Part shown: in pieces, positions 8,096 to 19,232 of the stretch
How the letters are laid out: each line of letters begins with the position of its first letter
Numbering within the stretch: the stretch's first letter is position 1
Assembly: GCA_028289195.1 (NCBI GenBank)
Contig: JANQQR010000004.1
Location: 1-39,699, forward strand
DNA: 39,699 nucleotides
Source: Phycisphaerales bacterium
GTDB lineage: Bacteria > Planctomycetota > Phycisphaerae > Phycisphaerales > UBA1924
Direction of reading: 5' to 3'
The notes under the pieces: generated by a model
What the model saw: only the letters and a program-made list of their open reading frames with translations
Told to the model about the DNA's origin: nothing
Database searches by the model: none
Position numbers and translations under genes: made by a program

Positions 8096-10279
8096 GTGGC
8101 ACGCCCGAATTCTCTCGCCAGCACGATTCTGATCAGCGCCCTCGCTGCCAGCGCGGCGCACGACGCATCCGCCGGCCCGCTCAACCCGCCCGGCGGCCCG
8201 ATCGGCGAGACGAACCAGGTGTTCGAGTCGCTGACGGGGTTCATCCCGATCAACCAGGACACGGCGCCCGGCACGGCAGACTCGGTGTTCTGCATCAGCA
8301 CCCCCGGGCGCTACTACCTGCCCGACGACATCGTCGTGCCCGCCGGCAAGCACGGGATCAAGGTGACGACCGACGACTTCGTGATCGACCACAATGGCGC
8401 CGAGATCATCGGGCTCCCCGGCTCGCTCGACGGCGTCTACGTCGCACCCGTCGCGGGCCCAACCGAGTTCCAGGGCGTCACACTCGGCGCCGAGATCAGC
8501 GACATGGGCGGCAACGGGATCACACTCGTCTCGCCCCCCGGCGGCGGCAGCTACAGCTACGTGTTTGCCGGGTCGAACGTCTCGGGCGTGACCGGCGACG
8601 GGATCAACGCCGGGGCTTCCGGCGGCGCGCCGGGCGAGCACACCGTGGATATCTGGGGCGGGCTGTTCGAGTCGATCGGCGGTGACGGCATCGATGTCGA
8701 CCTCGACGGCGCCGGGCACTCGCGCTGCGCGTGCGCGGGTCTCACCATCAACGGGGTGGGCGGCGACGGCGTGGTCATCGATTCTGTCGCCCTGAGCCAG
8801 AAACTCGAGGTGCTGTTCGGCGACCTGGATATCTGCGGAACCGCGGGGAACGGCGTTGCCGGCACCCTGCAGGGCTCAGAGGTCGATTTCGGATTCGGCA
8901 GTTTCTTCTCCCCGGAGACTTTCGGACTGACCGACGGGGACCTGCTGGCGTTCATCCTCGCCGAGGCCGGGCCCCAGCTACTGGCGGATCCCAGCTTTCT
9001 CCGAGAGATCGGCCTGGATGGGATCAACCTGTTCGTCGAGGCGGACCGGCTGCTGCGGGGCGAGGTCAGCAACACCGTTCTGAGGGGCATCGCCGGGGCG
9101 GCGTACCTGCTGGACTTCACGCCGACGAGCTCGGCGGCGGAACTCAACCAGCTGTTCGATGGCGTGAGCTTCTTCGGCACCGGCACGGGGGTAAGCCTCG
9201 CCAAGAGCGGGGCGGCGCAGCTCGGCAGCATCGCCCTGACGGTGAAGGAATGCGATTTCCAGAAGCCGGGCCTGAACGGCGTGAAGATCGACAACGGGAT
9301 CAAGGGCGCACAGAAGCTCTCGTTCGACTTTGAGAAGGTCAAGGTGTCCGGCGCCGCCAACGAGGGCATCGACATCGAGAGCTTCAACACCAACCAGGCC
9401 ACGACGCTCCGCGACGTGACCGTCCAGGACTGCGGCGGGTTCGGCGCAGAGATCGGCAACAACGCAACGATCGACGGCTGCACCTTCAACAACAACTCCA
9501 CGGGTCTGACGCTGGGCAACGACTGCCTCGTCACGAACACCCAGTGCAACCGGAATCGTTCATCCGGAATCGACGGCCAGATTGGGAATCAGATCGTCAA
9601 CTGCGTCGTGAGCTTCAACGACCAGAACGGCCTGGTGCTCCTCAACAGCAGCCTGGTCAGCGGTGTGGCGGCCAAGTCCAACGGTGCGATGTTCGGCAGC
9701 GGGATGATCATCGGCGGGAACTCGCTCATCGAAGACTGCACAGTCGCGTCCAGCGCCACCGACGGGATCTTCTGCGAGAGCTTCTGCCAGATCCGCAACT
9801 GCATCGTGACCAATTCGCAGAACGAAAACATCGAGTGCGGCACCAACTGCACGATCGAGGGCTGCACGATCCACTTCGGGCAGAACGGCGTGTACATGCT
9901 CGGAGATTCCGGGCGCATCACCGGCTGCACGTTCGGCCTGCACTTCCAGAACGGGGTCTTCCTGATGGGAAGCGGGTGCACGCTGCGTGACAACACGATT
10001 GCCGGGGGCCACGTCAACGCGACCGGCATCGCGGTCAGCGGGAACAGCAACCGCGTGACGCAGAACGACGTCTCGCGCTACGGCACGGGCGTGTCGATCA
10101 TGGGCGAGAAGAACCTGGTGGTCCGCAACTTCGTGTCAAACAACTTCACCAGCGACCTCGTGGTCGTCCCGACCGGGATGCTCGCGACCGAGAACCTCGT
10201 CGGCGAGATCTTCGATGCCGTGAGCGCGGCGCGCTCCGAGCTCAACGAAACCGATTCGGCCTGGTCGAACTTCGAATAG
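8096..10279 (+). CDS. Secreted right-handed parallel beta-helix repeat protein, 727 aa (larger paralog of the gene at 6796)
   Basis: GTG start with a GAGGAGG SD 6 nt upstream. Signal peptide MARPNSLASTILISALAASAAHDASA. Many C/N/G-rich beta-helix rungs (NCIVTNSQNENIECGTNCTIEGCTIHFGQNG...). Shares N-terminal GPLxPPxGP...PGSLDG and C-terminal W-x-NF with the smaller paralog. Confidence 0.75.
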   Translation: MARPNSLASTILISALAASAAHDASAGPLNPPGGPIGETNQVFESLTGFIPINQDTAPGTADSVFCISTPGRYYLPDDIVVPAGKHGIKVTTDDFVIDHNGAEIIGLPGSLDGVYVAPVAGPTEFQGVTLGAEISDMGGNGITLVSPPGGGSYSYVFAGSNVSGVTGDGINAGASGGAPGEHTVDIWGGLFESIGGDGIDVDLDGAGHSRCACAGLTINGVGGDGVVIDSVALSQKLEVLFGDLDICGTAGNGVAGTLQGSEVDFGFGSFFSPETFGLTDGDLLAFILAEAGPQLLADPSFLREIGLDGINLFVEADRLLRGEVSNTVLRGIAGAAYLLDFTPTSSAAELNQLFDGVSFFGTGTGVSLAKSGAAQLGSIALTVKECDFQKPGLNGVKIDNGIKGAQKLSFDFEKVKVSGAANEGIDIESFNTNQATTLRDVTVQDCGGFGAEIGNNATIDGCTFNNNSTGLTLGNDCLVTNTQCNRNRSSGIDGQIGNQIVNCVVSFNDQNGLVLLNSSLVSGVAAKSNGAMFGSGMIIGGNSLIEDCTVASSATDGIFCESFCQIRNCIVTNSQNENIECGTNCTIEGCTIHFGQNGVYMLGDSGRITGCTFGLHFQNGVFLMGSGCTLRDNTIAGGHVNATGIAVSGNSNRVTQNDVSRYGTGVSIMGEKNLVVRNFVSNNFTSDLVVVPTGMLATENLVGEIFDAVSAARSELNETDSAWSNFE

Positions 10280-10288
10280 GAACGGGCT

Positions 10289-10489
10289 CTACGCCTCGCC
10301 GACGATCCCCGTCCGGTCTTCGTCGTAGCGGTAGACCTTCCCCTCCTCCTCGTGCTTGCGGCAGTAGGAGTGGGCGCCGTCGCAGTACGGCTGGTTCTGG
10401 CTCAGGCCGCAGGCGCAGATGAAGATCGGCTTGTCCTGCGGCTCGATCTTGATCGGGCCGTCGGCGTCGTGTCGGATGAGTCGGGCCAT
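10289..10489 (-). CDS. CDGSH-type iron-sulfur domain protein (mitoNEET-like), about 66 aa
   Basis: Motif FICACGLSQNQPYCDGAHS matches the CDGSH 2Fe-2S binding motif C-x-C-x2-S-x3-P-x-C-D-G-x-H. Start set to ATG 10489 (MARLIRHDADGPIKIE...), because the track start at 10549 is a TTG. Confidence 0.75.
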   Translation of the reverse strand: MARLIRHDADGPIKIEPQDKPIFICACGLSQNQPYCDGAHSYCRKHEEEGKVYRYDEDRTGIVGEA

Positions 10490-10555
10490 GGAGGGGGGTT
10501 CCTTTCCTTCGCTGGCTTCGCGGAGGATACCGGCCCGGATTCTCCTCAATCCCGA

Positions 10556-11500
10556 TCAGACCGGCGCGGGGACTGTCGCGAGGATCTGCTCGAGCACCTG
10601 GCGGCTGACCTTCGAGTCGCCGGCGTGCATGTAGGCCTTGCTGATCACCCGGTGCGCGCCCACGCTCAGGGCGTTGCTGGTGATGTCTTCCGGGATGCAG
10701 TACTCGCGACCGTTCAGGATCGCCGTGGCGCGGGCCGCCTGGGCGAGCGCGAGCGTGCCGCGGGGCGAGAGGCCGACCTGGATCTCGTCGTGGGTGCGAG
10801 TGACGCCGGCGATCGCGATGATGTACTCGACCAGCGATCGCTCGAGACGCACCTCGTCGACCAGGTTCTGCAGTTGGACCACGCGCTCGGTGTCGAGCAC
10901 CGACTCGATCGAGTGCAGGGGCTTCTCCGCCGGGCGGAGTTCGATCACCTGGGCCTCGTTCTCCGGAGTCGGGTACCCGAGCGCGATCTGCATGAGGAAC
11001 CGGTCGAGCTGGTTCTCGGGCAGCATGTAGGTGCCCTCGAACTCGTAGGGGTTCTGCGTCGCGACCACCATGAACGGGCGATCGAGCTCGAACACACGCC
11101 CGTCGACAGAGACAGTCGCCTCGTTCATCGACTCCAGCAGCGCCGACTGCGTGCGCGGCGTCGTGCGATTGATCTCGTCGGCCAGCAGGATGTTCGTGAA
11201 GATCGGGCCCTGCTTGAACTGGAACTCCCCGGTGTCGCGGTCGTAGATCGACACGCCCAGCACGTCGCCCGGCAGCATGTCCGGGGTGAGCTGGATCCGG
11301 CTGAATCGTCCGGAGATCGATTTGGCCAGGGCCGTCGCCAGCACGGTCTTGCCGACGCCGGGCACGTCCTCGATCAGCACATGCCCGCGGGCCAGGAGGG
11401 CGCAGATGAGACGGTCGACGGCTTCCAGATTGCCGATGAAGACCTTCTGAATGTTGTCACGCAACGCGTGGATCGCCGTGGCGGCGCCGGACATATCCAT
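10556..11500 (-). CDS. MoxR-family AAA+ ATPase
   Basis: Walker A GVGKT, Walker B ILLADEINR, and an AAA_3 MoxR-like sequence throughout. Start re-anchored to ATG 11500 (MDMSGAATAIHALRDN...), because the track start at 11602 is a GTG adding about 34 low-complexity residues. Confidence 0.85.
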   Translation of the reverse strand: MDMSGAATAIHALRDNIQKVFIGNLEAVDRLICALLARGHVLIEDVPGVGKTVLATALAKSISGRFSRIQLTPDMLPGDVLGVSIYDRDTGEFQFKQGPIFTNILLADEINRTTPRTQSALLESMNEATVSVDGRVFELDRPFMVVATQNPYEFEGTYMLPENQLDRFLMQIALGYPTPENEAQVIELRPAEKPLHSIESVLDTERVVQLQNLVDEVRLERSLVEYIIAIAGVTRTHDEIQVGLSPRGTLALAQAARATAILNGREYCIPEDITSNALSVGAHRVISKAYMHAGDSKVSRQVLEQILATVPAPV

Positions 11501-11679
11501 AGGGGCGGGAGTATAGCGTTCGCCCTCAGGGGTCCCGGCGCCCGCGTTCGCGCCGCTGCCCGGTCGATCCTGTCCCTGCCCGATTTCAGCCGGATGGTTC
11601 ACGCCTAGGGGTTCGCACCGCGGGCGCCCTCGGTTCCGGCGGCGCGCGCCGCGTTCCGATCGTCCTATACACTTGCGGG

Positions 11680-12639
11680 GTGGAGTCTTCCGAAGCCTCG
11701 AGCGGCGCTTGGAAGGGGGGAGACGAGCACGCGATCCACGCCGAGGGCCTTGATCGCGCTTTGCTCGGGAGCCTTCCGTGCGCGTTCTGCGGCTACGAGC
11801 TCAAGGGGCTCTCTATCCGTGGCAAGTGCTCGGAGTGCGGGACCGCGGTCCGAGCGACCATCCTTTATACGGTCGACCCGCAGGCCGACGAGTTCAAGCC
11901 GATCATCCTGCCGCGCCTGGTTGCCCTCTCGCTCATCGGCCTGCTGGGTTCTCTGTTCCTGGCAACGACGCTTTCCTGGTGGCCTCATCTCGCCGAGTCG
12001 ATCCGGATGGTGACCGGCACATCGGTTCCCTCGTCGTGGGCCGCCGACGCCGGGCGGGTGCTCGTGCTCGCCGGCGCCGTCTGCGGATTCGGCCTGATCC
12101 GGCCGACGAGCGCCACGCGGGTCTGGACAGTGCTCGCGGCGCTGTGCGGCGCGGCCGGGCTCGTCGTCATCGCGATGGTGTGGATGCGCATCACCCGGTT
12201 CGACGGCACCGCGTCGAGCGCGGCATATCTCGACGGCATCACAGGAATGGAACGCGTGCAGCTGCGCCTGATGCTTGAGGGCGCGGCGCTCGTCGCGATC
12301 TTCGGGTTGCGACCGAACATCCGCGAGCTCGTCCGCAGGTCGATGGCCATGCGCACCGGACAGGTCGATCGACAGACCATGCTCGTGATGGCGGCGACCG
12401 TCGGCATCATGGCCGTGGGCGACGCGATCCGCATGGGCGCCATCGTTCTGCACGGGCCCGGCTCCGAGGACCAGGCGGAAATGCTCGACTGGGGCGGGCA
12501 ACTGCTGGTGGTCCTCTGCTCGGCCCTGCTCACCCTCGGGCTGCTCAGCGGCTTGGTCGATGCCATCCGCCTGCGGCGCTCGATCCTCACGCCCAGCCCG
12601 TCGCTCCGTGGGGTTCTCCACGGCGAGCACGAGAGCTGA
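11680..12639 (+). CDS. Membrane protein with an N-terminal zinc ribbon (C-x2-CGYELKG...C-x-ECG) and about 5 TM helices
   Basis: GTG start. CAFCGYELKGLSIRGKCSECG is followed by multiple hydrophobic helices. High GC3. No known domain beyond the zinc ribbon. Confidence 0.6.
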   Translation: MESSEASSGAWKGGDEHAIHAEGLDRALLGSLPCAFCGYELKGLSIRGKCSECGTAVRATILYTVDPQADEFKPIILPRLVALSLIGLLGSLFLATTLSWWPHLAESIRMVTGTSVPSSWAADAGRVLVLAGAVCGFGLIRPTSATRVWTVLAALCGAAGLVVIAMVWMRITRFDGTASSAAYLDGITGMERVQLRLMLEGAALVAIFGLRPNIRELVRRSMAMRTGQVDRQTMLVMAATVGIMAVGDAIRMGAIVLHGPGSEDQAEMLDWGGQLLVVLCSALLTLGLLSGLVDAIRLRRSILTPSPSLRGVLHGEHES

Positions 12640-12645
12640 AGCCGG

Positions 12646-12660
12646 CTGCCACTCTGGCAG
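12646..12660. promoter_or_regulatory. 15-bp palindrome CTGCCA-ctc-TGGCAG, a candidate upstream activator (enhancer-binding protein) site or weak terminator hairpin
   Basis: Perfect 6-bp inverted repeat with a 3-nt spacer. It lies 7 nt after the stop of the upstream gene and about 126-140 bp upstream of the sigma54-like -24 element. Confidence 0.3.
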
Positions 12661-12785
12661 GGCCGGGGCCGCTACTGCGGGTGGGTGTCAGGCTCTCGGC
12701 CGGTGCCGATGCGTGATCCGGATGCGCAAGCCGCTGTGAACAATGGACTTGGGTGCCCGGAATGCGCTGTGGCACCGCCCGATTC

Positions 12786-12800
12786 TGGCACTGGCTTTGC
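12786..12800 (+). promoter_or_regulatory. Sigma54 (RpoN)-type -24/-12 promoter element upstream of groEL1
   Basis: TGGCAC-tggct-TTGC matches the TGGCAC-N5-TTGC consensus, with GG and GC spaced by exactly 10 nt. A second TGGCAC lies 15 nt upstream at 12771-12776. The predicted TSS at about 12812 gives a 5'UTR of about 110 nt to the groEL1 ATG. Confidence 0.4.
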
Positions 12801-12921
12801 CCTATCTCTGTGCCGGGCGGTGCGATCGTCGCGCGATCGTGACGCCCCCGACGAGACCAATCCACCGGCGGGACGGCAAGGAGCCGCCCTCCGGACCGAG
12901 CAAGCAGGAGAAACGACACAC

Positions 12922-14685
<1,764 letters not shown>

Positions 14686-14705
14686 TCCCGACTTCCGAGA
14701 CCGCT

Positions 14706-15242
14706 ATGGCGACTGAGCAGGCACAGCCCGAACTCTCGAACCCGGCGCCAGAAGGCGCCGAGGTGCCTGTCTCGCGCACCGTCGATCTCAATCGCGAGGA
14801 CGAGCTGATCACCTGGCAGGAGTGGATGGCCCGCTCCATGAACCAGATGAAGCAGCTCGTGCCGGCCGAGCACCACGAGAAGCTCGCCTTCCGCGTGACG
14901 CTTATCGACGGACGCACCTTCGCGATCCGGCGCTTCACCACCTACGTCGTCAAGGGACGCTGCAGCCTCGAAGAGACCCGCTGGAGCGACCAGTTCAAGA
15001 CCTGCAACGTCATCACCGGCTACATGTTCTACGGCGTCGGCGAGGACATGCTCCTCTCCAGCCTGTGCGTTCCCCCGGACATGATCGCGAGCATCGAGTG
15101 CCTGCTCGTGCCCGTGATCGACCCGGACGCCCAGGGCGACGAACAGCCGGCCGTCAAGAAGATCCCCTTCGGGTTCTACCCGAGAGAAACACTGGACTCA
15201 CCCCTCGAACAGCAGGAAGTCGAGGAAGAGCTGCGTCAGTAG
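14706..15242 (+). CDS. Hypothetical protein (178 aa) between groEL1 and groES, with no recognisable family
   Basis: First ATG after the groEL1 stop (20-nt gap). Strong GC3 codon bias. Acidic N- and C-termini with a Cys-containing core (RCSLEE, KTCNV, SLCVPP, IECLL). Same strand as the flanking chaperonin genes, with a 59-nt gap to groES. Confidence 0.65.
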   Translation: MATEQAQPELSNPAPEGAEVPVSRTVDLNREDELITWQEWMARSMNQMKQLVPAEHHEKLAFRVTLIDGRTFAIRRFTTYVVKGRCSLEETRWSDQFKTCNVITGYMFYGVGEDMLLSSLCVPPDMIASIECLLVPVIDPDAQGDEQPAVKKIPFGFYPRETLDSPLEQQEVEEELRQ

Positions 15243-15301
15243 CAACAGCACGCACCGCTCGGCTTCCCCAAGACACAGATACCACAGGAGATTCACGAAC
15301 A

Positions 15302-15592
15302 ATGTCCGTCAAACCCCTCGAAGACCGCGTCCTCGTCAAGCCGATCGAGAAGTCCGACAAGACCGACAGCGGTCTCTACCTGCCCGAGAGCTCCAAGGAG
15401 CGCCCCGTGCAGGGCAAGGTCGTCGCCGTCGGCCCCGGCAAGGTGCTCGACAACGGCCAGACCGCCGAGATGCAGATCAAGAAGGGCGACACCGTGGTGT
15501 ACGGCAAGTACGCCGGCAGCGAGATCGAAGTGAAGGGCGTCGAGCACCTGATCCTGCGCGAGAGCGAGATCCTGGGCATCGTCGAAGGCTGA
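15302..15592 (+). CDS. groS: Co-chaperonin GroES (Cpn10), 96 aa
   Basis: [46 protein letters not shown]... is a GroES sequence. AGGAG SD precedes the ATG. Confidence 0.95.
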   Translation: MSVKPLEDRVLVKPIEKSDKTDSGLYLPESSKERPVQGKVVAVGPGKVLDNGQTAEMQIKKGDTVVYGKYAGSEIEVKGVEHLILRESEILGIVEG

Positions 15593-15620
15593 GCGCACCG
15601 CGCACGAGGAGTACACCGAT

Positions 15621-17234
15621 ATGTCTTCCAAGCAACTGATGTTCGACGACGCCGCCCTGATCGAGATGAAGCGCGGCGTCGAGCGCCTCGCCAAGGCCGT
15701 CAAGGTCACCATGGGTCCCTCCGGGCGGAACGTGGTGATGCAGAAGTCCTTCGGCGGCCCGGCGATCACCAAGGACGGCGTCAGCGTCGCCAAGGAGATC
15801 GACCTGCCCGAGCCCATGGAGAACATGGGCGCCAAGATGGTCGTCCAGGTCGCCAAGAAGACCAACGACCAGGCCGGCGACGGCACCACCGCGGCCACCG
15901 TGCTCGCCGAGGCGATCTTCAGCCAGGGCCTGCGCCACGTCGCCGCCGGGGCCAACCCGGTCGCCGTGCAGCGCGGCGTGAACATGGCGGCCGAGGTCGC
16001 CGCCGGCGCGATCGGCGACATGGCCGTCGAGTGCAAGGGCAAGGCCGACTACAAGAAGGTCGCCACCGTCAGCGCCAACCACGACGCCGAGATCGGCGAG
16101 CTCATCGCCGAGGCGATCAGCAAGGTCGGCGCCGAGGGCGTCGTCGAGGTCGAGGAGGGCAACACCGCCGAGACCACGCTCGACTACGTCGAGGGCATGC
16201 AGTTCGACAAGGGATACCTCTCCCCATACTTCATGACCGACCCCAAGACCGCCGAGTGCATCCTCGAGGACGCGATCATCCTCATCCACGAGAAGAAGAT
16301 CTCGAACCTCAACGACTTCCTCCCGCTGCTCAACAAGATCGCCGGCACCGGCAAGCCCCTGCTGATCATCGCCGAGGACGTCGAGAGCGAGGCGCTCGCG
16401 GCGCTGGTCGTGAACCGGCTGCGGGGCGTGCTGAAGGTCTGCGCCGTCAAGGCCCCGGGCTTCGGCGACCGGCGCAAGGCCATGCTCGGCGACATCGCCA
16501 CCCTCACCGGTGGCACGTTCTTCTCCGAGGACCTCGGGCGCTCGCTCGAGTCCATCGAGGTCAACGAACTCGGCAAAGCCAAGAAGATCGTCGTCGACAA
16601 GGACAACACCACCGTCATCCAGGGCGCCGGCAAGAAGGCCGACATCACCGCCCGCGCCGACCAGATCCGCGCCCAGCACGAACGCTCGACCAGCGACTAC
16701 GACCGCGAGAAGCTCATGGAGCGCCTCGCCAAGCTCACCGGCGGGGTGGCCATCATCCGCGTCGGCGCCGCGACCGAGGTCGAGATGAAGGAGCGCAAGG
16801 ACCGCGTCGACGACGCGCTCAACGCCACCCGCGCCGCGGCCGAGGAGGGCTACGTCCCCGGCGGCGGCGTCGCGCTGCTCCGGGCCCAGCCGGCGCTCGA
16901 GGCCGGCAAGAAGAAGGCCAAGGGCGACGAGAAGCTCGGATTCGACATTGTCGGCGCCGCCGTCGAGAGCTGCCTCCGCCAGATCGTCGACAACGCCGGC
17001 CTCGACGGCGACCTCGCGGTCGAGAAGGTCAAGGAACTGCCCTCCAATCAGGGCTTCAACGTCTCCACCGGCGAGTACACCGACCTCGTGAAGGCCGGCA
17101 TCATCGACCCGGCCAAGGTGGCCAAGACGGCGCTCATCAACGCCGCCAGCGTCGCCGGACTGATGCTGACCACCGACGTCATGATCACTGAGCTCAAGGA
17201 TGACACCGAGCCGGTGGCCGGCGCCGTCGTCTGA
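15621..17234 (+). CDS. groL: Chaperonin GroEL copy 2 (no GGM tail)
   Basis: [39 protein letters not shown]...[10 protein letters not shown]... GAGGAG SD lies 8 nt upstream. Confidence 0.95.
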   Translation: MSSKQLMFDDAALIEMKRGVERLAKAVKVTMGPSGRNVVMQKSFGGPAITKDGVSVAKEIDLPEPMENMGAKMVVQVAKKTNDQAGDGTTAATVLAEAIFSQGLRHVAAGANPVAVQRGVNMAAEVAAGAIGDMAVECKGKADYKKVATVSANHDAEIGELIAEAISKVGAEGVVEVEEGNTAETTLDYVEGMQFDKGYLSPYFMTDPKTAECILEDAIILIHEKKISNLNDFLPLLNKIAGTGKPLLIIAEDVESEALAALVVNRLRGVLKVCAVKAPGFGDRRKAMLGDIATLTGGTFFSEDLGRSLESIEVNELGKAKKIVVDKDNTTVIQGAGKKADITARADQIRAQHERSTSDYDREKLMERLAKLTGGVAIIRVGAATEVEMKERKDRVDDALNATRAAAEEGYVPGGGVALLRAQPALEAGKKKAKGDEKLGFDIVGAAVESCLRQIVDNAGLDGDLAVEKVKELPSNQGFNVSTGEYTDLVKAGIIDPAKVAKTALINAASVAGLMLTTDVMITELKDDTEPVAGAVV

Positions 17235-17269
17235 CCCACACCGGGCCCGTTCCCGGTTGCGATAGACCC

Positions 17270-17302
17270 GAGCCTGCGCGTCGAGAGGCGCGCAGGCTCG
17301 TT
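17270..17302 (+). terminator. Strong hairpin (attenuator or partial terminator) between groEL2 and dnaJ
   Basis: Perfect 11-bp stem gagcctgcgcg/cgcgcaggctc (17270-17280 pairing 17289-17299) with an 8-nt loop, followed by gTTTcc (weak U-tract). Confidence 0.45.
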
Positions 17303-17340
17303 TCCTGAACCCGGCCTCCGTTCTGCACGCTCCTCCGCCC

Positions 17341-18513
17341 ATGCCCACCACACGCGACTACTACGAGGTCCTCTCGCTCGAGCGCGAAGCAACGAGCGAC
17401 GAGATCAAGCGCGCGTACCGGCGCATGGCGATGAAGTACCACCCGGACCGAAACCCGGGAGACTCCGAGGCCGAGGCGAAGTTCAAAGAAGCCGCCGAGG
17501 CGTACGAGGTGCTCAGCGACGAGCAGAAGCGCCGCGTGTACGACCAGTACGGCCACGACGGCCTGCGCTCGCGCACCGGCGGGGCCGGCCACGATTTCAG
17601 CCGCATGAACGTCGAGGACATCTTCTCGATGTTCAACGACATCTTCGGTGGCGGCGGCGGTGGCGGCTTCGGCGGCGGCGGGCGCGGCGCGGGCCGGCGC
17701 CAGGGCGTGGCGCGGGGCTACGACCTCGAGACCGAGGTCGAGATCACGCTGGCCGATGTGCTCACCGGCACCACCCGCGACATCGAGTTCACCCGAGCCG
17801 ATGTGTGCGACACCTGCACCGGCAGCGGCGCAGCGCCCGGCAGCGAGCCGGTCGTCTGCTCCACCTGCGGCGGGCACGGCGTCGTCGTGCAGGCGGGGCT
17901 CGGCGGCATGTTCCGCATGCAGACCACATGCCCCAACTGCCGGGGCCGTGGCAAGGAGATCAAGGACAAGTGCCCCGACTGCAAGGGGCGCGGGCGCCAG
18001 GGCGTGACCCGCAAGCTCGAGGTCAAGATCCCCGCGGGGATCCGCGCCGGGCAGGCCGTGCGCATCGCCGGCGAGGGCGAGCCCCCGCCCGCCGAGGTGT
18101 CGCCCGACGGCACCGGCGTGCGCGGCGACCTGCACGTCGTCGTCGCGGTCGAGCCCCACGAGCTCTTCGAGCGCGACGGCGACCACCTCGTGCTCGAGAT
18201 GCCCATCAGCTTCACGCAGGCCGCGCTCGGCGCCCACCTCGAGGTGCCGACCCTCGAAGACAAGGCCTCGCTCGTCGTCCCCAAGGGCACGCCGCACGGC
18301 AAGCTGTTCCGCGTCGAGGGCGCCGGCCTGCCCAATCTGCGCAGCGGCAAGCGCGGCGACCTGGTGCTCGTCACCAAGCTCGAGGTGCCCAAGAAGCTGA
18401 CGACCAAGCAGGAAGAGCTGCTCCGCCAGCTCGCTGAGGTCGAGGAGGCCGAGGGCATCCTCCCCGAGCACCAGGGGTTCTGGGGCAAGATCAAGGACTT
18501 CATCGGCGGGTAG
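17341..18513 (+). CDS. dnaJ: Chaperone DnaJ (Hsp40), 390 aa
   Basis: J-domain [33 protein letters not shown]. Gly-rich linker. Four CxxCxGxG zinc-finger repeats ([32 protein letters not shown]). Confidence 0.95.
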   Translation: MPTTRDYYEVLSLEREATSDEIKRAYRRMAMKYHPDRNPGDSEAEAKFKEAAEAYEVLSDEQKRRVYDQYGHDGLRSRTGGAGHDFSRMNVEDIFSMFNDIFGGGGGGGFGGGGRGAGRRQGVARGYDLETEVEITLADVLTGTTRDIEFTRADVCDTCTGSGAAPGSEPVVCSTCGGHGVVVQAGLGGMFRMQTTCPNCRGRGKEIKDKCPDCKGRGRQGVTRKLEVKIPAGIRAGQAVRIAGEGEPPPAEVSPDGTGVRGDLHVVVAVEPHELFERDGDHLVLEMPISFTQAALGAHLEVPTLEDKASLVVPKGTPHGKLFRVEGAGLPNLRSGKRGDLVLVTKLEVPKKLTTKQEELLRQLAEVEEAEGILPEHQGFWGKIKDFIGG

Positions 18514-18552
18514 GACGCCCGCTCGAGCGCACACGAACGCACAGACACACCG

Positions 18553-19230
18553 ATGGCAAAGCGCAAGCAGGACATCAACGACGTGAGCACCCCGGAACAC
18601 GAGCAGGCGCCACCCGGCCCCCTCGGCCCCGATGAGTACGGCGACGCCGGCGGCCCCGTGAGCGAGGTCGACCCCGACGCGATCATGGACGCCGCGGACG
18701 ACCTCGCGCGTCTCGCGCAGGAAGTCGAGGACTGGAAGGCCAAGTACCAGCGCGCCCTGGCCGACCAGCAGAACTACCAGCGCCGCGCCGTCGAGAACGA
18801 GAAAGAGGCGCGCCGCCAGGGCATCTCGAACATCGTGCACGGCCTGCTGCCGGTGCTCGACAACTTCGACCTGGCGCTCGACAACGCCGAGAAGGCCGGC
18901 AGCCTCGAGCAGATCGTGCAGGGCGTCGAGATGATCCGCACCCAGATGCACCAGGCCCTCGAGGGCTTCGACGTTAAGGCCATCCGCCCCGAGGCCGGCG
19001 ACGAGTTCGACCCGCACCATCATGAGGCGGTGCAGCACATCGAGCACGAGGAGATCGAGCCCGGGAAGGTCGCCGTGCCCTTCCAGGTGGGCTACGCCCT
19101 GGGCGGGCGGGTGCTGCGTCCGGCCAAGGTCTGCGTGGCCAAACCGAAGGAGAGCGCCCAGAGCGCCGATGATCCTTCTGCGGGCGCCCCGAGCGGTGAA
19201 GCCAACGAGGGCGAGCGCCAGGAGTCCTGA
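18553..19230 (+). CDS. grpE: Nucleotide exchange factor GrpE
   Basis: GrpE-family coiled-coil plus C-terminal domain: YQRALADQQNYQRRAVENEKEARRQGISNIVHGLLPVLDNFDLAL...FDPHHHEAVQ. Confidence 0.9.
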   Translation: MAKRKQDINDVSTPEHEQAPPGPLGPDEYGDAGGPVSEVDPDAIMDAADDLARLAQEVEDWKAKYQRALADQQNYQRRAVENEKEARRQGISNIVHGLLPVLDNFDLALDNAEKAGSLEQIVQGVEMIRTQMHQALEGFDVKAIRPEAGDEFDPHHHEAVQHIEHEEIEPGKVAVPFQVGYALGGRVLRPAKVCVAKPKESAQSADDPSAGAPSGEANEGERQES

Positions 19231-19232
19231 CC

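Noticed and set aside
10490-10549. Longer CDGSH ORF starting at 10549
   Set aside because: The start codon there is TTG, with no SD. The internal ATG at 10489 gives a typical 66-aa CDGSH protein.
12685-12921. N-terminal 79-aa extension of groEL1 from an upstream in-frame ATG
   Set aside because: The canonical GroEL N-terminus MAVKELAF begins at ATG 12922 with an AGGAG SD. The extension would overlap the sigma54-like element, and it has no homolog in GroEL.
15477-19047. Long minus-strand ORFs (15477..17351 and 17194..19047) opposite groEL2, dnaJ and grpE
   Set aside because: Both are antisense to canonical chaperone genes and are low-complexity Ala/Gly/Arg-rich, so not coding.
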